DNA of 61,901 nt from a virus (taxonomy: Duplodnaviria; Caudoviricetes), in the IMG/VR virus record IMGVR_UViG_3300022918_000013, positions 1-61,901 of that record, one strand, 5' to 3'. Positions 47,506 through 59,100 of the stretch are shown here, one piece after another. The position numbers were made by a program, and so were the translations under genes. The notes under the pieces were generated by a model. It was not told where the DNA came from, made no database searches, and saw only the letters and a program-made list of their open reading frames with translations. The stretch's first letter is position 1; every line of letters starts with the position of its first letter.

Positions 47506-47587
47506 AATACAACACCAAAGCAGGATGGGTAAAGGTCGGTAAACTCTGGGTTGATCCTTATCACCCAAATATCTACCGCCCCAGGGA

Positions 47588-47854
47588 TTGTGGAAAGAAC
47601 TCAAAGAAGAAAAAGGTATGAAGTGGAGTAAAAAGAAGCCCTCAGTTCTTGGCTGGTGGTGGACTTGGACTGGTTTAGCGGATGATGCGCCAGAGCTGGT
47701 TTACATTCGCACTTTGGAGCCATTAACAGGGTGGTATCGTGGATCTCCTGACAGTGAAGTAGTCGTTGAAAACTGGTATGCAGGTCCAGTTTTAGCTCCT
47801 GATAAATCTCTTCTGCCTGACAATCAACGAACTAGCGAGGGCGGTGATGTTTAG
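47588..47854 (+). CDS. Hypothetical protein
   Basis: WSKKKP..GWWW..WYAGP motif; start probably at a downstream ATG. Confidence 0.5.
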   Translation: MWKELKEEKGMKWSKKKPSVLGWWWTWTGLADDAPELVYIRTLEPLTGWYRGSPDSEVVVENWYAGPVLAPDKSLLPDNQRTSEGGDV

Positions 47855-47934
47855 GCTTGACGGAATTACTATAATCGAAAGACAATTGATCCCCGCAGTT
47901 TATGACTATGGCTGGATGTGGGGTTGATTGAAGT

Positions 47935-47963
47935 TTGACAACAACGCATCCTCAAATTACCAT
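47935..47963 (+). promoter_or_regulatory. Promoter for terminase operon
   Basis: TTGACA-17-TACCAT with ATG at 47970. Confidence 0.7.
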
Positions 47964-47969
47964 ACGTCG

Positions 47970-48560
47970 ATGACAGACGCTCTAAAGCAGGCGAAATCCG
48001 CTTTACACGCTCCGCCTCTTCATGAGTTAACCGCTGCCCAAGCGCGGTTTTGCGAGTTGGTAATTAACGGAATGCGCGACATTCCAGCCTACATGGAGGC
48101 CTTTAACACCACCCGCGCCAATGCTGAGATGAATGCATGGCGAATGAAGGGTTATGAAGGGGTTAGAAATACTATACAGGCTGGAAGATCGGCGCAATGG
48201 AGCGATGCTGTTTTGACACTTGCTGAAAAGCGAGCTTACCTAAAATTAGTGGTCGAAACTGAGATCGAGGATGTGGATGCTAATTCCATCTTATGCCAAG
48301 AGTGGACCTATGAGCAAACTGGAGGCGCGCGAGGCAAGCTCAAGCGAGGCGGGGCCGATCAAGGCAATGAGATTGAAGAGGAGCCAAAAGACCGCATCAA
48401 AGTCAAAATGCCCTGCAAATTGAAAGCAATCGAATTGGATGCTAAATTAGCTGGGGAGCTGGCCCAAGACAAAGCTGCCGTTGTCGTAGCTGACGCATTC
48501 ACGGAGCTGCTAGACCACGTTCGCAAGCCAGGGAGTCCATTCGGACAGCCTAGACTATGA
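47970..48560 (+). CDS. terS: Terminase small subunit
   Basis: LTAAQARFC, KLKAIELDAKLAGE; coupled to TerL. Confidence 0.8.
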   Translation: MTDALKQAKSALHAPPLHELTAAQARFCELVINGMRDIPAYMEAFNTTRANAEMNAWRMKGYEGVRNTIQAGRSAQWSDAVLTLAEKRAYLKLVVETEIEDVDANSILCQEWTYEQTGGARGKLKRGGADQGNEIEEEPKDRIKVKMPCKLKAIELDAKLAGELAQDKAAVVVADAFTELLDHVRKPGSPFGQPRL

Positions 48561-50143
48561 GTGACAAACTCCCAGAACTAGAGGCGATGGTTCCAGATGT
48601 GGGGCCGGACGAACTCAAGAAGGGGATGCTCGATCCTTTGTGGCGCATTCGGAATCTTTACTGGATTCGAACTGAAGACGGGCAAGTTAGGCGCTTTGTC
48701 CCCAACGAGGCACAGGAGCGCATCCTTGATGCCATCTATGTCAAAGGGCATACGAAGCTGATCATTCCCAAAGCACGGCAACGTGGCATGAGTACTCTTA
48801 TTGCCATCATCAGCCTGGACCTCGTTCTATTTTACTCGACGGTTCAAGCCTCGTTGGTGGATTTCAACGGCGCTAACGCCAAGAAGAAGCTGGATGAAAA
48901 GGTGGTGTTGGCGTTCAATCACCTACCGCAATCCGTCCGGCGGAACTTCGATTACAACCTCAACCGGCAAGAAGGGACGTTCACGATTTGGCGCAGGGAC
49001 AACCCTGAGTCTAAAAGCTGGTTCCTTGCTGGAGACAAGCCTCGCGGTGGCACGAATCAGCTTCTATGGATCTCAGAATGGGCGGAAATAGCGGCGAAGT
49101 TCCCAAGTGTAAGCCTTGAAATTAAGCTAGGGGCGCTCAAGTCAGCGGGCACGCCTGGAGCGCTAATCATCATTGAAACGACATGGCACGGCGGCAAGAC
49201 GGGCGATGTGTGGCCGTTGGTCGAGATGGCGCTAACGACTCAAGAAGAGGACAAAACGCTGTCCGATTGGCGAGTGATGTTCGTGCCTTGGTGGGAGTCA
49301 GCAGTCTTCCGTAATCGCGGCAACCCAGCGCAAATCACTGATGAGACGCGAAAGTATTTCGCAGAAAAGTCAGCCAAGCTAGGAGTGCAATTTGATGAGC
49401 CACAAATGTTATGGTGGCAGATTGAAAAGAGGATCAGCGGAATCTACATGTCAGGGCAGTATCCGACTGACATTGAGGAGTGTTTTGCCTCGCCAGTCGA
49501 GGGCGCTATTTACGCGGATCTTATCGCGGAAGCTAGGACGCAAGGGCGCATATCTGATTTCATCATAGACTACTCAATCCCTATTGATACCCTTTGGGAC
49601 TTAGGAAACCTCATGAACACGGTTGTCTGGTACTGTCAAAGCATCGCAGGCCGCAGACGGTTTGTGGATGTTGATATTGGGCTAAAACTGGACCTAAGCG
49701 ACCGCAAGAAGCACATGGACGGGAAAGGCTACGTGTTTGGTAAACACATCCTTCCTCACGATGGAAATGCTCAATGGACGACCGGCGCAACGTTTCAAAC
49801 TGAAATGATGAAAGCCGGATTTGAAAACGTGGTAGTGCTCAAGCCGATCAAGAGCGTGAGCCTGCGTATTCAAAAGATGCGTGAGATTTTGCCCAGTTGC
49901 AGTTTCCATAAGACAAAATGCAAGGATGGTATTAAAGGCCTTGAGCACTACAGGTACCGAGCACACCCAAAAGAAGAGGGGCACTTCCTTGATGAGCCAG
50001 TTCATGACAGCTCCAGCCACATTGCCGACAGCGCGGGCTACCTTGGGGAAGGGTTGCTTTCGAACATAATCTCGACAACAGGCGACCACTACACAACAAA
50101 TGCGTTCTTCGATACGGACGCGATTAACAATCTAGCAGCATGA
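48557..50143 (+). CDS. terL: Terminase large subunit
   Basis: PNEAQ, KARQRGMST, WISE, ETT; nuclease motifs WDLG, LPHDG, HDSSSHIAD. Confidence 0.93.
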   Translation: MSDKLPELEAMVPDVGPDELKKGMLDPLWRIRNLYWIRTEDGQVRRFVPNEAQERILDAIYVKGHTKLIIPKARQRGMSTLIAIISLDLVLFYSTVQASLVDFNGANAKKKLDEKVVLAFNHLPQSVRRNFDYNLNRQEGTFTIWRRDNPESKSWFLAGDKPRGGTNQLLWISEWAEIAAKFPSVSLEIKLGALKSAGTPGALIIIETTWHGGKTGDVWPLVEMALTTQEEDKTLSDWRVMFVPWWESAVFRNRGNPAQITDETRKYFAEKSAKLGVQFDEPQMLWWQIEKRISGIYMSGQYPTDIEECFASPVEGAIYADLIAEARTQGRISDFIIDYSIPIDTLWDLGNLMNTVVWYCQSIAGRRRFVDVDIGLKLDLSDRKKHMDGKGYVFGKHILPHDGNAQWTTGATFQTEMMKAGFENVVVLKPIKSVSLRIQKMREILPSCSFHKTKCKDGIKGLEHYRYRAHPKEEGHFLDEPVHDSSSHIADSAGYLGEGLLSNIISTTGDHYTTNAFFDTDAINNLAA

Positions 50144-50147
50144 CAAT

Positions 50148-50363
50148 ATGAGAATGAAACTAAAAATGATCACAGCTCACCAAGCGGAGAAAGATAGGGA
50201 GATAAAGCTGGCTCTCCATTTCATGACTCCAGACCGGAAGATGCACGGTTTAGAAGCGTCCTTTGATCCTGGGGAATCCGCAGAGGACGCTTGTGAAAAG
50301 TTGCTACGCCTAACAAAGGCGGTGGCGTTGATAACAGCTCCACGTGATCCAGTTTTAGCATGA
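50148..50363 (+). CDS. Hypothetical protein
   Basis: Coupled ORF. Confidence 0.5.
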   Translation: MRMKLKMITAHQAEKDREIKLALHFMTPDRKMHGLEASFDPGESAEDACEKLLRLTKAVALITAPRDPVLA

Positions 50364-51094
50364 CCCCAGACGCTATCCCAGCCACCTACGGCACAATCAC
50401 CGTCAACCAAGACACCGCGATCTTCACGCGTCAAGATGACGGTGGATGGATGCGCCAATGGGAAACGCCGCTTGGCGGTCGCGCTTACATTGTCGTGATG
50501 ACAGGCAAGGCGCTCGCTGTGTGGCGACAACCTCACAAGGTGGATGGCGAGATGAAACCAGCGCGCATGATAGCCGCCGTGGTGCCTGACCAGCGCCATC
50601 ATATCACAGTGCTAACTGATTGGGCGTGGCATCTCTCGAAGTACTATGGTGATTGCCTCGTTATGGTGGATGCTGGCAGTTGTCCCGGCTCGTTGCCAAC
50701 ACTGAAGGAACGAGGTGTCATGCTTTGGACTCGGCAGCAAAGAGACGATAAGCGCCCACTTGGGCAAGGTTTGCCATCGCGTCATATCGGCTGGGAGATG
50801 ACTGAACCGGCCCGTATGGATGGGCTGGTGACGTTGCAGCGAATGATTTCAGATGCGCAGATCAAGATTCCATGCGCTCACACGATTACTGAGATCCGCA
50901 TGACTGCGACTAATGCAACCAACGAAGTTGAGGTTGCGCAGGGCTATGGCTCTGACTGGTTAAACAATGCAATTATGGCAGCAATAGGCCTCCCAAACGC
51001 GACAACTTACCAAATCCAGGCATCTATCTACTCCGGCGACTACATGACCCGCTTAGATTCCAGTAATTTTGATGTTGGCAATATGGGTAGTTAA
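50360..51094 (+). CDS. Degenerate terminase RNase H-like nuclease domain protein
   Basis: YYGDCLVMVD, GWEMT, IKIP..TITEI spacing matches TerL C-domains, but the acidic catalytic motifs are eroded. Confidence 0.55.
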   Translation: MTPDAIPATYGTITVNQDTAIFTRQDDGGWMRQWETPLGGRAYIVVMTGKALAVWRQPHKVDGEMKPARMIAAVVPDQRHHITVLTDWAWHLSKYYGDCLVMVDAGSCPGSLPTLKERGVMLWTRQQRDDKRPLGQGLPSRHIGWEMTEPARMDGLVTLQRMISDAQIKIPCAHTITEIRMTATNATNEVEVAQGYGSDWLNNAIMAAIGLPNATTYQIQASIYSGDYMTRLDSSNFDVGNMGS

Positions 51095-51103
51095 GGCTAC
51101 TCT
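51075..51103 (+). promoter_or_regulatory. Promoter for ejection-protein genes
   Basis: TTGGCA-17-TACTCT with ATG 8 nt downstream. Confidence 0.5.
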
Positions 51104-51111
51104 CGCCAATT

Positions 51112-51585
51112 ATGGCACTCGCAGTTTCACAATTCGCTTCAGGAGTAAAGGCTTCAGGGGGCCAGCTTTGGGACCCTCTCACCAAGATGTATGTGGATGG
51201 CAATAGCCTTCGCGGACAGGCTCTCAAAGCAGAGCGGCAGAAGGTTTTCAACACGACTACAAAGCCTATTGTTGAGGGTGAAAGGGCTGTTCAGAACGCG
51301 GAGATCGGCGTTCAAGAGGCCGAAGATGTGATGCGTTTGAATCAGCAGGCGGCGGCTCAGACAAATGCTCTTGCTATGTCTCGCGGCAATAAGAGAGTCG
51401 TTGGCGGTGGCTCTTTTCAGAATAACAGCGTCAATGCGAATAGCGCCATTGCAGGGCTGAATTCGGCTAACGCTAGAATTGCGGCTGGCAAAAAGAGAGA
51501 TGCGGTTGACGCCTCGCTAGCCTCTCCTACAGGTCAAATGACGGCTGTGGGTAAGTTCGCATCAGCGGTCAAAGGACTCAGGTAA
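51112..51585 (+). CDS. Putative small ejection/internal virion protein
   Basis: Ala/Gln/Asn-rich and helical; upstream of the giant gene. Confidence 0.5.
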   Translation: MALAVSQFASGVKASGGQLWDPLTKMYVDGNSLRGQALKAERQKVFNTTTKPIVEGERAVQNAEIGVQEAEDVMRLNQQAAAQTNALAMSRGNKRVVGGGSFQNNSVNANSAIAGLNSANARIAAGKKRDAVDASLASPTGQMTAVGKFASAVKGLR

Positions 51586-51590
51586 TCTTT

Positions 51591-51800
51591 ATGAAAAAAT
51601 TCACTGTTATATTAGAGGGCAATGAAGGCAATGAAACCGTTAGCGTAATTGCCGCCTCTGTTGAGGTAAATGATTGTTACTTAATCTTTGTGGATGCTGA
51701 CTGGAAAGTGGTTGCCTCATTTAAACATTGGTTGGCAGTTTCTCGGGAAGGCTCTACCGAGAGACCAGTTAAAGCAAAGCCTACTAAAGTGCCAAATTAA
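51591..51800 (+). CDS. Small hypothetical protein
   Basis: AT-richer ORF. Confidence 0.5.
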   Translation: MKKFTVILEGNEGNETVSVIAASVEVNDCYLIFVDADWKVVASFKHWLAVSREGSTERPVKAKPTKVPN

Positions 51801-51806
51801 ACCATT

Positions 51807-53033
51807 ATGGCGACTTCATACCGCAATCCAGACCTTCACCCTCGCCGCAAGCGTGGCTTCTACGACAACGGCACTCGAACCGGCGTTAAGATCAACGCGA
51901 ACATCGGTAAGCCATCGCCTATGGCCCGTGCTGGCAAGTCGTGGGGCATTGGCAGCAAGACTAGTTTTGATGAAGATCGGGAGAAAGCTGCTTTTGAGAA
52001 CCTGAGTCCTGCTGAAAAGCAAGGGCGCTTGGATGCTCAAGGCGCGGCTGAGTATCGCAAAGGCCGATACGGTGATGTGATCCCAGCTTATCGCCCAAGC
52101 ATGATAGGCCCAAGTGATGAAACTCCTGTTTCCCGTCGTCCCGCCTCAACACCTGCGTCTGACAAGCTGATTCGTGGCGCGATTGATAGTATTTCAACAC
52201 GCATGGACGGGCCAAAGCGTGATGCTAAGGCTACTGGATTCGCGAAGACCACTAGCAATCCATCGGCGGAAAGCCAGAAGTCCTATGACCGCAAGCAGGC
52301 GAAAAGCTCTGAGGCCATGTCTCGCGCTGGTGAGTCTGGCGTTGTCTCACGTTCTGATAATGGCGATGTGGCCTACGAATCCGGCGGCGTCTATGACGTT
52401 GGCGGCAAGAAAGTGCTCGTCAGTAAGTATGGAAGCGGTTCAACTGGGGTGTCAGGTGGTCGGAATGATAGCGGCAAGGAGCTTCGGCAGATGATCGCAG
52501 ATGGTCGAGCGAGCGTGCCAAGTGACAAGCGAATCGCCTCACGGGAAACGCCAAATCCCAAGAGCCCGCTGACACTATTAGCCAGTGCAAATCCTCCCAC
52601 TGGCCCAAGTAAAACTCGTTCGAGTATTCCTTTGGCTAAGCGCCTAACTGCTAATTCAAAGCCTATTGATCCAGCCCAGGCCGAAAAAGCGGTTGAAGGC
52701 TCTCAGCGCAACGCTCGCGCTCGGAGCGAAAGAATGGTGGAATCTCAGTTGAAGCCTAAGCTTGAGCAATTCTACTCCGAGCAAAAACCTGTGCGTGTCG
52801 CTGCTGCTAAGGCTGACCTTCAGCATGCCGAATCTCCAGCGATGAAGGCATATCGTGCGCTCAATGATGGCGCTAACTCTCTGATTGCCGCCCCAGGTAA
52901 CGCTATTCGCTCTGCCGGTCTTGACGATCAAAGCCTGATTGCTGGCGCGAAGAAGCTCTTTACTGGCGATACTCAAGCCGCAGAAGAAGCTAAGAGACGC
53001 CTCAAGAAAGAAGGAGAAGACGAGGATAGTTAG
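51807..53033 (+). CDS. Putative basic ejection/internal virion protein
   Basis: Low-complexity Ser/Ala/Lys/Arg composition; position. Confidence 0.55.
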   Translation: MATSYRNPDLHPRRKRGFYDNGTRTGVKINANIGKPSPMARAGKSWGIGSKTSFDEDREKAAFENLSPAEKQGRLDAQGAAEYRKGRYGDVIPAYRPSMIGPSDETPVSRRPASTPASDKLIRGAIDSISTRMDGPKRDAKATGFAKTTSNPSAESQKSYDRKQAKSSEAMSRAGESGVVSRSDNGDVAYESGGVYDVGGKKVLVSKYGSGSTGVSGGRNDSGKELRQMIADGRASVPSDKRIASRETPNPKSPLTLLASANPPTGPSKTRSSIPLAKRLTANSKPIDPAQAEKAVEGSQRNARARSERMVESQLKPKLEQFYSEQKPVRVAAAKADLQHAESPAMKAYRALNDGANSLIAAPGNAIRSAGLDDQSLIAGAKKLFTGDTQAAEEAKRRLKKEGEDEDS

Positions 53034-53133
53034 TCACTCGCTACAAATCCCGGACCTTTTGGGGCTGTGTGGCTAGAAATAGCTCGCAGCCCTATTGAAT
53101 TTTCATAGACTGCACGCAAAGTAACCGCTTCCC

Positions 53134-56100
53134 ATGCCCAATAACTACCTCCCTATCCCCGAAGAGGAGCGCGACGCCTATCAGGCTAGCAGGCTCGAAC
53201 GCTCAAGCAATGGGAAGGGCGCATTAGATGCCTTCGGGTCAGCGGGTGATGACGTGGCGACTATCTCCGCTGGTAAACCTATCCGCTATGTGCCGCAACC
53301 GACCGGACAGCTTCAAGAGATCCTACCTCCATCAGGCGCGCCTAACTTCGTTCAACGCAGTGGTTCAAAGGTTATTGAAGATCCGCTAACCGGCGAGCCG
53401 TACATTCCTGACTCCGCCTCTCCGTATGGTTATACTAGTGCCTACGATCAAGCCAAGCAGAGCACGGTTAAGGGCGACATTGTGGCAAACGTCCCTGGCT
53501 ATGGCCGTCGAGTGATTGGCCGTGATCCAGTGGCACAAGAGAAGGAGGAAACGAAAGCTAAAGCGGCAGCACTCGCTGACCAGTACCGCGCTGAAGGTCG
53601 CCCTTTCTACGTCTCGAAGGTGGATGGACTGCCAAAACCTAAACATCGACCTGGCGAATGGGAAGCAATCCAAGCGGCCAAGGAAGAGAAGAAAGCTAGT
53701 GGCGAAGAGGCTAAACGTGCGGCTCTGCTTACTGCTGATCCTTCAATCAAGAAGCGCCCCGACAAGGAGATTAAAGCCCTCAAGGAAGAAGCCGAAGCTG
53801 GCGACGCTATGCTTGCGGCTAAGGCTGACCCCGCAAATCCTGCGGTAGCGGCTGCCTTGCAAAAGGCTGAACAAGCCAAGGCTATTCTTGCTCAAGAGGA
53901 GAACGCCAAGGAAATCAAACAGCAGCTCGCTACTCAAGCGTGGGAAGCTCGGTTGCGCCGTGATGCGCCGGACCTATGGAAGGAGCGCCAGAAAGCTAAG
54001 CTGGCAGACATGCCACGTGAGGAGTTGCAAAAGACGATTCCGACCTTGCAGGCGCAGATCCAAGAGAAGGTAGCAGCTACCACAGAGCGCGCCGCTCAAC
54101 TACGCGACAAGCAGGCCGTATTTGAGTCTGAGTACAAAGCGGTTGAGGAGCAAGAAGCCAAGCAGCGCACTATTGGTATCAATGCGGCGCAGCTTGCTAA
54201 GTTTGCCGCTGAGAAAGAGCGGATCAACTTTTCTGCTAATCAATGGCTAGGCGAAAACCAAGACCTACTGGAAGAAATCAAGGTAGGCCAGGCTGATGTT
54301 GAAAACGAAACTGAACTGGCTAATGAGGCGATCACTACTCATAACGCCAAGGTAAAAGCTGAACGCACGGACACTCTGGAGAAGCTGAAGGCTGTTCCAC
54401 AAACCGCGCCGATTGCTGATAAACTGGCAAAGCTTGACTCTGAATACGAGCAACGGATTGCTCAATGGGAGGCGCAATATCCAGACAATCAGACACCCGC
54501 CGCTCAGGCTGGCTACAAGGCTATTGACGAAGAGTTCAAAGCTAAGAATCAAGAGGCGGCAACTGAAGCCGAACAAGCACTTCAAAAGGTGCCAGCCAAG
54601 AAGGTAGAGCAACCCGACAAGCCTTTCTTCGACCTTGGCAATACCGTTGACGCTATTGGTGATGTTATCAAAGGTATCACAGTTACAGTTCCAGCGGCAT
54701 ATCGCCAGCTCCGCGAGGGGCTTGTTCGCCCTGACCAATACTCACCAGAGGCTAAAGCAGCCTTTGCGGCGGCGGATGCCTACTCGCAAGAGATGCAGGC
54801 TAAGACGGCGGCGTTACAAGCCCAAGGTAAAAGCGACTCAGTAAGTGAGTCCTTCCGTGAAGCTGGCCCGAGTTTGGGTTTCACAGGCGTATCTCTAGGC
54901 GCTTCCATGCTTGGCGGCGCTGGTACTGGCGTTGTTGCTGGCTCGGTCGTCCCTGGTCTAGGCAATACAACAGGCGCTATTGTTGGAGCTGTGGGTGGCG
55001 CTGCCGCATCAGCCCCAACCGCCTACCGAATGGCAGGCGCTGGCTTCTTAGATGGAGCGTTCAAGAAGATTGAGGCGGAGAAGGGCAGGCCACTTACTGA
55101 ACAAGAGATGGCAGAAGCTTATGACGTACTGTTGCCCATCGCACAGAATACCGCCCTTTGGGAAGCTGGCCCGGAAGCTGTAGCTAACGCTGTCACGCTA
55201 GGCGCAGGCAAGTTCGTGTTTGGCTTTGGCAAGAAAGCCGCGAAAGAGATTGCTGAGTCTGCATTCAAGACGGCTGTTAAGAAAGCGGGCGCGATTGTTG
55301 GCGCTCAAGCCTCCGAGCTTGGAACCGAGACGATTACTCAGGTGGAGCAAGCCGCCGACCAACTCAAGGCGGATGCAATCGCTAAAGGCGCTCCAACTAA
55401 GGGCATCCGGCCTGATTGGAGTCCTTCAGGAGTCGTTAAATCCTTCAAAGAAGTCGCCCCTCAAACTCTCGCTCTAGGCGCTTTAACCGGCGGCGCAGGT
55501 GGAGCGGCCAAACTCGCAACCAATCTACTCCCAAGTGGCAAGAATGCAGAGACACAGACCCAGGATGAAGCCGCCCCAGAGTCGGCAACGGCTGAATCAG
55601 GCCCATACTCGCAGCTTCCAGAGATCCGTGCTGCCGCCGATGAAGCGGTGAAGATGTGGCAACCAGATGTTACGACACTGCCAACACAGTTCCAGCCAAC
55701 ACTAGACAAGGATGGCGTAGAAGTGCCAGCCGAATACAACCCAAAGAGCGCGGCTGAGACTCTTGTACGCGTAGCCCGTGGTGAACCACTGGTTGAAATG
55801 GACTCTGACGCCCAGCTAAAGAACGTGGGTTTAGAGAATCGCGGCGGCAAGATCGTTCCCCAAAAGGGTTTTGGAGCGCCATTCGTGACAATGGAAGGGC
55901 CTAAAGGTGATCAGCCCGTCATCACTGAGGCTGGTATGCAGTTCCTGAAGTCAGACGAAGCTCTTTCGCCTGCCATTGCCGCTATTGGCCTGAGCCCGCA
56001 AGATCGTCGGAAACAAATCAACGCAATACCTAAAGAAAATGAAGATTCTAAGTCGCTTATTCAGGCCACAGACAAAAGTGCAATATCGCCAAGTGCGCCC

Positions 56101-59100
56101 AATTCCACTAGCAACCGAACAGGATCTGAATTGGTTGGCGGACTCGATAGAGAGAACGGAAGCACGATGGAAACTAACCCAAATAAAATTGGGAATGATT
56201 CGGCGCAAACGTCAAAAAGTCAGGACTCCTCAAATAATAAGCAGCTTGCACGACCGCCACTAGGCCAAGCGCCTCCTGCGCAACGCAAAGCCATCGGCAA
56301 AGGTGCCGCTGGTCAGTCGTCTTATGCTGAGTTCGCCACGCCAGACGATGCGGAGGCCTTCACGTATGCGGCTGACTTGGCGCGCTACAATAACAACTCA
56401 AAGAAGGTCAGCGATAACGACCGTGCCCAGGCCGCACAATCAGCCAGGGATAAGCTCGCCCGCATTGCTGAACGCACAGGGCTGAGCGCCGAAGAACTGC
56501 GCCCCATCCTGAAGAGGTATAGCGAGGCGATTCGCCAGACAGCCAAGCGCAAAAAGCAGGGCGAGTCATTCCAAGCACCGACCTTTGAAGAGTTCACTGA
56601 TACCTCTCTGGATATTGCCAAGGAGCCTATTGATCTTTTCCACGGCGGCCTGCCTGAAGACGCGACCCTTGACCAAATCGACCTAGATCGTGCAGGCTCG
56701 CAGCAAAACAAGCGTAACCGTTCTTATGGCGGGTTCTACCTAACTGATGGCAGTAGCCGTGAATGGTCAGACAAGTACGCTAAACAGCGTGGCGCTGCGG
56801 TTCATCGCGTGCGCCTGAAAGCCGGTTCGCGCATTCGTTCCACGCAAGAGAACATTGACCGTTTAAGCGAGAGGCAACGGGCAGAACTAGCGAAGAAGTA
56901 TGACGCTGTTCGGGGCGTTGACACGCTTGGCCGCGCTCAATGGGTATTGCTCAATAAGAACGCTGTAGAGTCATTCGAGGTGGTCAGCGAAAAAGCGGCT
57001 GAGCCCGCAAAGGCCACACAGCCTAAAGCTCCGCATCAAATCTTCCGCGCCGCTGTTGAGGCATCAACGGAACTGACGGCAACTCAGCGCGAGGCAGGAT
57101 TGCGCACGGCAAAAGCAATCGCTCGTTGGGCTCCGATCTTTGCCAAGGCTGGCTTTAGTGTCAAAGCCGGGCAGGTTCGAGGCTCGGGCATTTCCTACAG
57201 CCCGTCAGCACGGTTAATCACCATTGATCCTGTCAATTTCTCGATTGACCTGGCAAAATCCAAGTCACCAAAAGCGCAAGAAGCTCGTATCCAAGCTGTC
57301 TTTCGTGAGGAGCTTTTGCACGGCCTGATTCGTGACAACCTCGGAATCGCTAAGCCTATCGAATGGTGGCGGTCCTTGTCTCCTGAAGCTCAAGCAATCT
57401 CCATCAAGCTCTATGATGGGCGTTTTGACACTGCGAGCATTCCAGATCCAGACAGTGCGGAGGAGTCAAACCGCGCCGATGAGTTTGTGCGGCAACTCTT
57501 CCAAGAGTCGTTTTGGTCCGAAGTGACCGAAGTGGCGGGCAAGAACTTGAACGTGATGGCAGAACTTCGCCGGATATTCGAGGAGCTTCTTGTTGCTTTG
57601 AAGGCTATTCGCCAGACTGCGCCCAAGGCTGTAGCGGCTGAGATTAACGCTGCTGAAAGGCTGATTCGCGCTCGGTTAACTGAGCTGGGAGCGCTGGAGA
57701 AAGAGGCGGAAGTTATTGCTTCCACGCCTATCAATGAGGCTTCTCGTATCCGTGAAGATTTGCCAGAAGCGGCTCCAATTATTGCAGAAATTGACGCTCT
57801 AACAAAGCTTTCGGAAGAACGTCATTCAGAGCTTGGCCCTGATCTAAAAGGTCTTGTCCATCCATCGGAGCTTTTAACGCCAGAGGAAAAGCAACGTGTC
57901 TATGACTTGAAAATGTCATTACGCCCTAAAAGTCGTGAAGAAGCGAAAGCGGACATAATGAAGAAGCGGGCGGCTCGTTTACAGCAGCCCAATCAAGCTC
58001 CCGAAAACACCTCCACATCATCTTCCGGCGTCCTCGGCACCATCACAGACTCTGGTAGCGTAACGACCGTCAAAGTCCGCGACCTTGCGAAGGCAAATCA
58101 TGGCGACTTCCGCGAGATTGCCAGCAACGAGGACTTCACGAAGGATTTCCGCTATAACGACACGACCAAGGAAGTCTTTTGGTGGAATCTGGACAAGATC
58201 ACGCCCGAAGATAAGCAGAAGGTAAGTGACTGGCTAGAAGCTCAAGGCAAGACGGTTGCTCGTCATCGTGGCGTGAAGTCTTCAGATGAGACTTACCGGC
58301 GTGCGCATGGGGCTTTGAGTGCTCCTGTGAATAGTCCTGACAAGCCTCTAGCTGTTGTCCATAACCTGAGTATTGCAAATCTCCGCCATGCCTTAAAGGT
58401 GGGTGGATTGCCAGTGCCATCATTAGCCGTTATCCGCGCCGATTTGAGCGGTTTTGATAGCTTTGGAGAGGTGACGTTGATTGCCAATCCTGATCTAATC
58501 GACCCGCAAAAGAACAAGGCATCTAAGGTGTTTAATGCGGATGTTTATTCGCCTCGTTATCCAACGGTTAAAATCTTGTTCAAGCCTTCGGACTTTAATA
58601 AAATAGCCAGTGCATTCAAGCCTTGGAGTGAGGAATTAAAAACCATCCCTAAACTTGGTTACTCCTGGAGTGTTGAAAGCGCTGTTGATTCAATCAAAGA
58701 TGACGGTTATGAGCGGTCTGGAAATAATCCGCTGGTCGGATACTCATACTTGAGAGACAAAGGACTAATTGATCCTCCAACCGCAGAAGATGGCAACTCA
58801 AGTTTCAATGAGGCAGTGTACAGGAAGGCACGTGACTACCGGGATGAAATTACTTCATGGGTTGAAGAGAAGATTCTTGCAGCAGGCGTAGAACCTGTGG
58901 AGAAGATTTTCGATGGATTCACAAACTCAGGAAATAAGAGGTATCTGCCGCATGATCTAGATACCGTTGTCAAGATCCTAAAGCGAGGGCTGAAGGATGG
59001 GGAGGGATTCAATTATGGAGTGCCCTCTATTCGTGCAGCCAATGCTAAACCATTCCGCACACTCAAAGCTATCCAAGAGTCACGCAATCATATTGTGACT

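Noticed and set aside
53072-53083. GCTAGAAATAGC matches the Cas9 sgRNA tetraloop region
   Set aside because: Only 12 nt of an engineered junction; no repeat, tracrRNA or cas context.
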